This document shows, piece after piece, positions 56,113 through 64,000 of a DNA stretch of 64,000 nt (positions are counted from its first letter, which is position 1; each line of letters opens with the position of its first letter). This DNA is from Octopus sinensis (taxonomy: Eukaryota), in NCBI RefSeq assembly GCF_006345805.1, contig NC_043004.1, forward strand, positions 38,874,001-38,938,000, written 5' to 3'. The notes below the pieces were generated by a model that saw only the letters and a list, made by a program, of their open reading frames with translations, searched no databases and was not told the DNA's origin. The translations under genes and the position numbers were made by a program.

Positions 56113-56362
56113 TATATATATGTACTTACATATAAGACCAAAAGGGTACGGGCGTCGCTATATATATATGTATATGTAAAAAAATGCAAACTGGGACAAG
56201 AACGCAAAACATTTAGAAGACGATATAAAAAAAACGAACGGGACATTCGAAGCTTTCAAGAACCGGATCATCCTCGCAATTTCGGCTGAAATTAGTTTTT
56301 TGTATCGTCTTCTAAATGTTTTGCGTTCTTGGCCCAGTTTGTATTTTTTTACATATACATAC

Positions 56363-56412
<50 letters not shown>

Positions 56413-56756
56413 CATCCATGTAAGATGTATTTCATAACCAATTATTACATATGGACGCATATATATGTGGTGTATGTGCTCTTGTGTGTGTGTATGTCTG
56501 TGTATGTGTATGTGTGGGTGTGTGGGTGTTTCTCTGTTTGTGTCTGTGTGTGTGGTGTGGGTGTGGGATGGATGGGTATCTGTCTCTATATGTATATGTG
56601 TTTGCGTGCGCGCAAAATAGTTGCTATAGATTTTTCAATCGTTAATTCTTATTTATGAATTCAAATAATTCTCGTTGTTCTCTTTTAGCTTGAAACATTT
56701 TCAACTTGTATTAAAAAACAAGATTTACTCACTAAAAAGTTTATATAATATTTCTA

Positions 56757-57175
56757 GGTGCAGGAGTGGCTGTGTGGTAAGTAGCTTGCTTACCAGCCAC
56801 ATGGTTCCTGGTTCAGTCCCACTGCGTGGCTCCTTGGGCAAGTGTCTTCTACTATAGCCTGGGGCCGACCAAAACCTTGTGAGTAGAATTGGTAGACGGA
56901 AACTGAAAGAAGCCCGTCGTATATATATGTGTGTGTATATGTGTGTGTGTGTTTGTGTGTCGGTGTTACCCCCCACACCCCAACATCGCTTGACAACCGA
57001 TGCTAGTGTGTTTACGTTCCCGTAACTTAGCGGTTCGGCAAAACAGACGGATAGAATAAGTACTAGGCTTACAAAGAATAACTCCCGGGATTGATTTGCT
57101 CGACTAAAGGCGGTGCTCCAGCATGGCCGCAGTCAAATGACTGAAACAAGTAAACAAGTAAAAGAGTAAAAGAGT
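56757..57175 (+). mobile_element. tRNA-derived SINE (family S3), full length
   Basis: GGAGTGGCTGTGTGGTAAG A-box, GGTTCAGTCCC B-box, CCTTGGGCAAGTG core-like block, (AAGAGTA)n tail. Confidence 0.85.
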
Positions 57176-57179
57176 GTAC

Positions 57180-58077
57180 TTTTAAATTTTATGTTAGAAT
57201 TTTATTCTCGGGAGTAAATAATTGCTGTAACGCTAATGTTCTCATGCTGCCAGTTTTCGCAAGATCAAACGCGTTTTCTTATGGTCATCCAAATCTTTGC
57301 ACTCTTTATTGAAGATTAGTTCGTAGCTTCTATAGTAAGCCTCGAAGCTAACTCTTTCGTCTGTTTCGTACTTAACTTTGCTATCCAGTTCTCAACACAA
57401 TTTGGCGAAAACATTTTCCCAGATTTCCCTGACGACTTACTATTCATTAATTGCAGCATTTATTCTTGTAATAGTAAGTGTTATTGTTGCTGTTTCTGCT
57501 GTTGTTCTTGCTGTTGTAGCTACTTCTGTTGTTGTTCTTTCAGTTGTTGTTGCCGTTGCTGTTGTTGTTGTTCCTACTTTCGTTCTTGCCGTTGTCGCTT
57601 CTGTTGTTGTTGTTCCTGCAGCTGTGTTGTTGTTGCTGCTGCTGTTCTTGGAGTTGTAATTGCTGCTGTTGTTGTTCTGTCAGTTGCTGCTGTTGCTGTT
57701 TCTACAACTCAAGCAAACTGGCCAACAAAGTTTCCATATCTTCATTTCTTAGGAAAATAAGCAGAGATGATGATAGAAAGAGAATCCAACAAGAAATTTT
57801 CCACAATTGTACCATTTTATTTTCGTCCAAGAGGATGTCTTATGAATTTGCTATTTCCTCGTCACCACAGTTTTAATCCTTAATGTCGGATTGTTATAAT
57901 GCTCACTCTCATATAGCAGTATAATTAGTATGACAAATTAGACCACGACTATGTATGACCGTCTAATTCGCACTCTCTCTGTTTATACTGACTGACGTCA
58001 CCTTAGTTATAGCGACCAGCACAAACCACTCGTTTCATGGGAGACGGTGTACCGTTATTACTATTATTCCCACAACA
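57180..58077 (-). mobile_element. Gypsy LTR-retrotransposon 5' remnant: LTR, PBS and decayed gag
   Basis: Gag motif KYETDERVSFEAYYRSYELIFNKECKDLDDHKKTRLILRKLAA*EH*RYSNYLLP; PBS-like TGGTGACGAGG at 57857-57867; candidate TG...CA LTR at 57892-58077. Confidence 0.7.
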
Positions 58078-58639
58078 ATATCAAATACTGATTTTCATTC
58101 CTTCCGTAACTGAAGCACTCGTACGTCCTTATTTTTATTTTACATAGCAAATTAACAATACTTATCTTCTTGTTATATCGGTTGCTTCAGTACATAATTG
58201 GCGTCCTTGCTCCAATAAATATTTCCCTGTGTGCAGCACACGTTTAAGATACATCTTGCAGGACTGCTCATCAAGGTTATTAAATGGTTATTTACTGCTC
58301 TGTTCATCTGCGAGCCAGAAGCTCAATAGCATCAGCTGATGTTATACATAGTCATACGTAAAAGGTAGCTGAACACATTTATGGCCTTGTACTAATCATT
58401 TTACATATACCAGGTTCAATGAACAGACTTTTCGGACTTTCACTGTTGATATTTTTCAGTTTGTATCTCCGTGTTATATCATTAATTTGATACAACTTCT
58501 GTTTCACAGGTTGATGAATTGTTTATGATTTTTATAGCGATATAAATATAAACATGAATTTTCTATTATTTATTTTACAAGTTATATATATATATATATA
58601 TGTATATGTATATATATATATATCACCGTGATCACCGTG

Positions 58640-58919
58640 ACCGACCAGGCTATCAGATGTTGTTACACATTGCTGGTCACAATTGTTTTTTAGCCTTCAA
58701 ATAACGCCACCCGTCTGGCTAAGCGAGCAGGCCAACAGAAGAAAGAGTGAGAGAAAGTTGTGACGAAAGAGTACTGCAGGGATCGCCATCACCCCCTGTC
58801 GGTGCCTCATGGAACTTTAGGTATTTTCCCTCAATAAACACTCACAACGCCCGGTCTGGGAATCGAAATCGCGATCCTACGACCGCGAATCCGCTGCCCT
58901 AACCACTGGGCCATTGCGT
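58640..58919 (-). mobile_element. tRNA-derived SINE (family S4)
   Basis: Minus-strand head CGCAATGGCCCAGTGGTTAGGGCAGCGGA...GATTTCGATTCCC with A and B boxes. Confidence 0.75.
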
Positions 58920-59919
58920 CTATGTATTCATAGACGTAGAGACACATGAATTGTTTTTTTTTTACTGTTTGAAACACAGATTTGATAATATTAATGTTTT
59001 AATGAGTACGGCTATCTATATGAATGACTAAAAATATTTACGTCCAATGACTGAAGCCATTTAAAGAATCATAAAATGTTTCATACCGACGTTTTGTATA
59101 ATATGTTACAATATATTGTAATATTTTATCTGATATAGCTTTGTAGCAAATACATTCAATAATGAAAATAGCAATTTTGTTCGCAGCCGAAAATCCTACG
59201 CTATATATTCGTTAAATGCTCTTGCAAAATACAATATAACAACTTGTGTATTTTCTATGTTGTGTGTATGTGTGCTGATAAATAACGAATGGGAAAGCAA
59301 TTTGTTGCCTAAATGTAAGTGCCTATAAAATTAAGCATTTTTTATCGTTATTTTTTAATTACTTTCTTCTCTGATGGCGATGAGTGCTTCCTAATCTCAA
59401 ATGTTCAAACAACTGGGCGCTTGCGATTAAACACTTTGAATTTTATTGGCTAATTAAAACGTTGATATTTAAAAAGAAATTAGTTTTCTTTTTGTTTTTG
59501 TTTTAGCTGTTGTTTTCACTATCTCGTAATTTGACGTATGTTTTAAAAAATTTTGCATTTTTATATATAATTCTTAATTGTTTTATTTCTTTATTCATTA
59601 TCATATATAGTTCCGCTTTAGGAAAACTAATATCAGAAAACTGTTGGGAAAAATTCATGTAATATGATAATGGAATAAAAGTTCAGCGATAATTAAACCA
59701 AGAAATAAAAAGCTAAATGAAAAGAAAAAAAAAACCGTGCTGAATGTTACAATCTTTCTGTGTCAGAAATTACAAATAATCGTTTCAGCGCAACCGCAAT
59801 GTAAAGGCAGTAATTTCAAAATGAAAAGTAAAAAAATAAATCGCAAAACATTTTGTGCCGGTTGAGATCAATACATGTTGATTTATTAATGTTGATGTTT
59901 TCATCACCATCACCATTAC

Positions 59920-59950
<31 letters not shown>

Positions 59951-60387
59951 GTCGTCGTCGTCGTCGTTGTCGTCATCATCGCCCTGGCTAACGGTATATT
60001 TTACTCCTCCCTCGGTTTGATTGTCGCATTGGTCAGTAGAATCCATAAGCAGGAACAAATTATGCGCAAAGTAAAAACGCGGAGTCTTTGTTCAGCAGAC
60101 AAAACATTATCGCTAGTCTACGTCCAGTACGCCTATTTGTTATAGCTTCTTTATACAGACTTTACTTGGTAATTATTTAATGGTATGTAACCTTGGCAAC
60201 CATTCATTTCAAATTGATGTTTCTACTTTTACATTATCATTAAAAAGGACTAAATTTCCGCTTCAGCCTTCGTGGATAAGGTTATGGCTAATAAGTAAAA
60301 ATTGAGGTCTAGGAATATGAGTTGTGACATATTTTCGAGGAAAGCAACAATATTCAAATGACTCAAAGAGTTTATGCATAAACTCTA

Positions 60388-60627
60388 TCTACGACGATTT
60401 CATCTCAATCGAAGGAGAAGGGCTTTCTCCGCCCGGGTTGCGGATCCGTGGAATAAGCTGCCAGACGAGATAGTGAAGATGCCGACGACCGCTCGGTTCA
60501 AAGTCGCTCTTGACCGGAAATGGCCTGCACTCTTTGTATGACCATCCTCCCTGTACATAACTCCCTGTCCCCCTACGTGGCCTTGCTTTTGCTTTTTGAG
60601 CCAATTAAAAATTAAATTGAAATTAAA
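60388..60627 (+). mobile_element. CR1-clade LINE 3' end (same family as 23160-23580)
   Basis: Close reverse-complement match to 23190-23430; AATT-type tail. Confidence 0.88.
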
Positions 60628-60717
60628 AATGTATGAATGGATGCCTCGAAAAGAACATTTTGATTTTTTTATTATAATATTCTATAAGTATATTTTATTT
60701 TTATCTATGTATTAAAC

Positions 60718-60860
60718 CGGCGAGGTGGCAGAATGTTTAGCACGCCAACAAAATATTCAAAGGCATTTTGTCTATCCTTACTTTGCTTTTCATTCTTTAA
60801 GGGTCGATGAAATCAGTGCCAGTTAAGAAGTGGTGCCGATGTAATCGACTTGCCCTTCTC
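60718..60860 (+). mobile_element. Degenerate SINE (family S1)
   Basis: GGCGAGGTGGCAGAATGTTTAGCACGCC head, GGGTCGATGAAATCAGTGCCAG, GATGTAATCGACT. Confidence 0.6.
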
Positions 60861-61179
60861 CAACATTTTTAGAATTATTATTACTAATAATTATTATTAC
60901 TAATGTTAGTATAAAGATATTACTAATTGTATCCATCTTGTTTGACATCAACGTGAAAAGAAAAGTATGTAAGTAGTTAAATAAGTAGCAGCATCGAAAA
61001 TTCGAATGGAAAACAAGGAGATAATGGAAATTCTTATAATAGTAAAAAAAAAGTCACTGAGTATTATGTCTGAAAATAACATCAAATAGTTTTGTATGAT
61101 TAGCATAACAATTAATTTTAGTAACACTGTAGGAAGCATGCCGAATCATCATCATTATCAACATTATCGTTGTTGTGAA

Positions 61180-61267
61180 TTCCTCCTCCTCCTCTTCCTC
61201 CTCTTCCTCCTCCTCATCATCATCGCCACCACCACCATCATCGTCATCACCACCACCACCATCATCG

Positions 61268-61302
<35 letters not shown>

Positions 61303-61457
61303 GTCATCGTCGTCATCGTCGTCGTCGTCATCGTCATCGTCATAGTCATCATCACCACCATCACCACCACCACCACCACCACCACCACCACCACCACCAC
61401 CACCACCACCACCAAAACCACCAACACCACCACCAACATCATCATCATCATCATCAT
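61180..61457. repeat. Compound trinucleotide repeat (CCT/CAT/CAC/CGT)n
   Basis: Direct inspection. Confidence 0.95.
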
Positions 61458-62660
61458 CTTTGTGCATAATGTACACTTTTATATTTTCTTGTTTTTCTAG
61501 TTTGTCTTGTTTCAAGAAATATTAATACAATTTCAAACATTTATTGCTGAATTTTTTCTATTACCAACACGTAACGTACTTCTGACATTTGATGTCTTTG
61601 AATATCTAAACCACATGTTTATCTCCATCATCGCACCTACCGTAATTTGTTAGCTATTATAGGACAAATAAGGTAGTCATTACCAACACGTGAGAAGCCC
61701 CATTATATGGTCTAGCGATCTGTTTACGTCGGAGACTGATATCAATTTACATGCGTATGTTAATGAGCTGGTGATTTCCATAGCATTGTATGAGGATATT
61801 TATCATATATGCAGTATACACAAACACAAACTTATACACATATGTACATATATAGTATGTGATGTTTATAGAGTTAGGTATACGCCTGCCACTGTTGTGA
61901 TTAGAGCTTCACATAGTGTATCATCATCCAGTTTGGTTCCAATATAGTAGTACCGTTATCGCTCTGCTAATTCCATTACTGGTTGTTTCATACAGAACAA
62001 ATGTACGATAAATTATGATAAACACAAGACGTTAAGCTTACATTCTGTTTACTTTTCATTGATATTTTACCATTTTTGCAATGGGAATTTTTGCGTGAAA
62101 TACATTACTTATAGCATAATTCTATTACTTTGGGAAAAAAAGATCACTCTCTGTACATGCATAGATAGATAGACGGATACATACATACATGCATGCATAC
62201 ATGCATACATACATACATGTATACATACAACATACATACATACATACATACACAATGACATATATTTATTCATGCATGTATGCATATAAGCACACGACCA
62301 TGCATTCTTGTATGCTTACATATATCGTAGCTATAATCCACTAAATGCCCTGCAAAAATATGTAAAATATTCCGGAATTTCAAAAATTCCAGACATTCTA
62401 TATATATAAGTATATGTGTGTGTGTATGTATGTATATGTATATATGTATATGTATATATGTATACACTATACAAACACAGCATTCCAGACGTGAATATAC
62501 GCATGAGCAGGCATGCAAATATATGCATGAGGAAATGTGCATACAGCTCCTCCAAGCACGGACATCCATGGTTGCACACATGAATAACGCTATGCCTGAA
62601 GAATAGCGTGCAAGTGCATATGCATACATACGTACATGATTACATGTATGTGTATGTACG

Positions 62661-62752
<92 letters not shown>

Positions 62753-62823
62753 AGTGTATATATATATATATGAAAAAACAAGTCAAAATAGAAAATGCTA
62801 AAATAATTTTATAGTGAACATTT

Positions 62824-62861
62824 CAGTACCGGTTTCGGTCATTTTGAGACCTTTTCAACTG
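62824..62861 (-). ncRNA. Minimal hammerhead ribozyme with U3-A8 covariant core
   Basis: Minus strand CAG-UUGAAAA-GGUC(UCAAAAU)GACC-GAAAC-CG-GUA-CUG; G10.1-C11.1 intact; palindromic ACCGGU stem III. Confidence 0.7.
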
Positions 62862-63438
62862 TAACGATTAAATAATTAAATTTAGAAAAATTAGAAGAAA
62901 AGTTTTTTTAAAAGAATATTTCTATAGTAGTGTTCAGATTTAAGTGGCATTCTGCCTTTCTCTGACTCCTTGTTTGCACTTGTGTGTCGGAGGTCGTTGT
63001 GAGTTCTTGGAAGGGTAGTAGAGGAAGAAGGCTGGTGGGGAAAGGGGGATGGGAGAATCTGGGAGTGCCCTGATGGTCGTATTTTGAATGGTCAGTGGCG
63101 GCTGGCAGTCTCAGTTCAATTCAGGAGAATATTTATATTGACAGGCTTGTTTATAGAATTAGCGTACGTTTATAGAATTAGCGTAGGTGTTATACTAAAA
63201 AACATTAGTGACAAAGTTAAGGGGTAGGGGTGGAGAAGTAGAAGAAGAAGAAGAAGAAGAAGGAGAAGGAGAAGGAGAAGGAGAAGGAGAAGATGACGAT
63301 GATGGTGGTGGTGGTGATGATTATGACGACGATGATGATGATAATGATGATGATGAAGAAGAAGGAGGAGAAGGAGAAGATGGTGGTGATGATGGTGGTG
63401 ATGATGATGACGACGATGATGATGATAATGATGATGAT

Positions 63439-63471
<33 letters not shown>

Positions 63472-63601
63472 AAAAACAGAGAAGGGGGAATATGAATGGG
63501 TGTAAGTATAGCTATGAAGGGGCTGATTAGTAATGGATTCTATGGAGTGTAATATTTGTGTGTATATATATTTTTTTCTTTTATTCTAAAGTTGAGGTAT
63601 A

Positions 63602-64000
63602 TTAATTGTTTGTCGTAGACCCGTTTAGAAGTGGCTTGTATTTTGTAATAAAGAGATTTTCTTTACTTATTCGTTGTCTCGAGGTTGTATCGTCCCTAAA
63701 TTGGTAGAGGGGGAAAATTCTGAAGTTTGGTGTTTTTTTTTGTTGGCGCAAGTATCTATGTGTTGGCTAAAAGCTATTTTTCTGTTTTGGGGAATTTTTA
63801 TCTGGGATCTGTGCAGGGCCATTCGTTTACGCAAACCATTTTTTGTTTGGCCTATGTACTGCTCTTGACACCCGGAGCAGGTTAGTGAGTATATTAGGTT
63901 CTCCGAAGCACATGTGAAGTTGCTTTTCACTGTAAACCGTTGTCCCTGCTTGAAGGAGAACTCTGATCCCTCAATTAGATAGTCGCATATCCCGCAATTG
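63602..64000 (-). pseudogene. PLE GIY-YIG endonuclease C-terminal domain (one frameshift in a poly-A run; extends beyond the window)
   Basis: NCGIC...NFTCASENLIYSLTCSGCQEQYIGQTKNGLRKRMALH...QHI...FRIFPLY...KENLFITKYKPLLN*; the CxxC linker suggests the Neptune group. Confidence 0.9.

Larger units (their letters stand above)
62775..64000 (-). mobile_element. Penelope-like retroelement 3' portion (endonuclease end plus pseudo-LTR with hammerhead)
   Basis: GIY-YIG ORF at the window end followed by a 3' region with a trinucleotide tract and a hammerhead motif; ends at (TA)n. Confidence 0.85.

Noticed and set aside
58850-58919. tRNA gene
   Set aside because: A and B boxes are present but there is no acceptor stem, and the sequence runs into a SINE body.

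Overview
This is an AT-rich, microsatellite-dense animal (eukaryotic) intergenic or intronic window. Its SINE families and repeat landscape suggest a cephalopod such as Octopus (inference). I found no intact host gene, and almost all entries in the ORF track are microsatellite translations. The window is a transposon graveyard. It holds two full-length but frameshifted mariner elements (525-1718 and 54831-56112), a decayed Tc1, a non-autonomous Helitron, CR1 and RTE LINE 3' ends, a Gypsy LTR+PBS+gag remnant, many tRNA-derived SINEs and a Penelope-like element (PLE) GIY-YIG endonuclease end (63602-64000). It also has several tandem or local duplications. The most striking signal is about 13 type-I hammerhead-ribozyme-like motifs on both strands, sitting in PLE pseudo-LTR fragments that are mostly embedded in (TA)n. 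These include U3-A8 covariant cores, a CUGUUGA core variant with compensatory stem I changes, forms with a long stem II, and three fold-back palindromes that put a ribozyme motif on each strand. PLE-associated hammerheads are known in general. The specific variants and their activity here are unverified inferences from manual reading, and most element boundaries are approximate.
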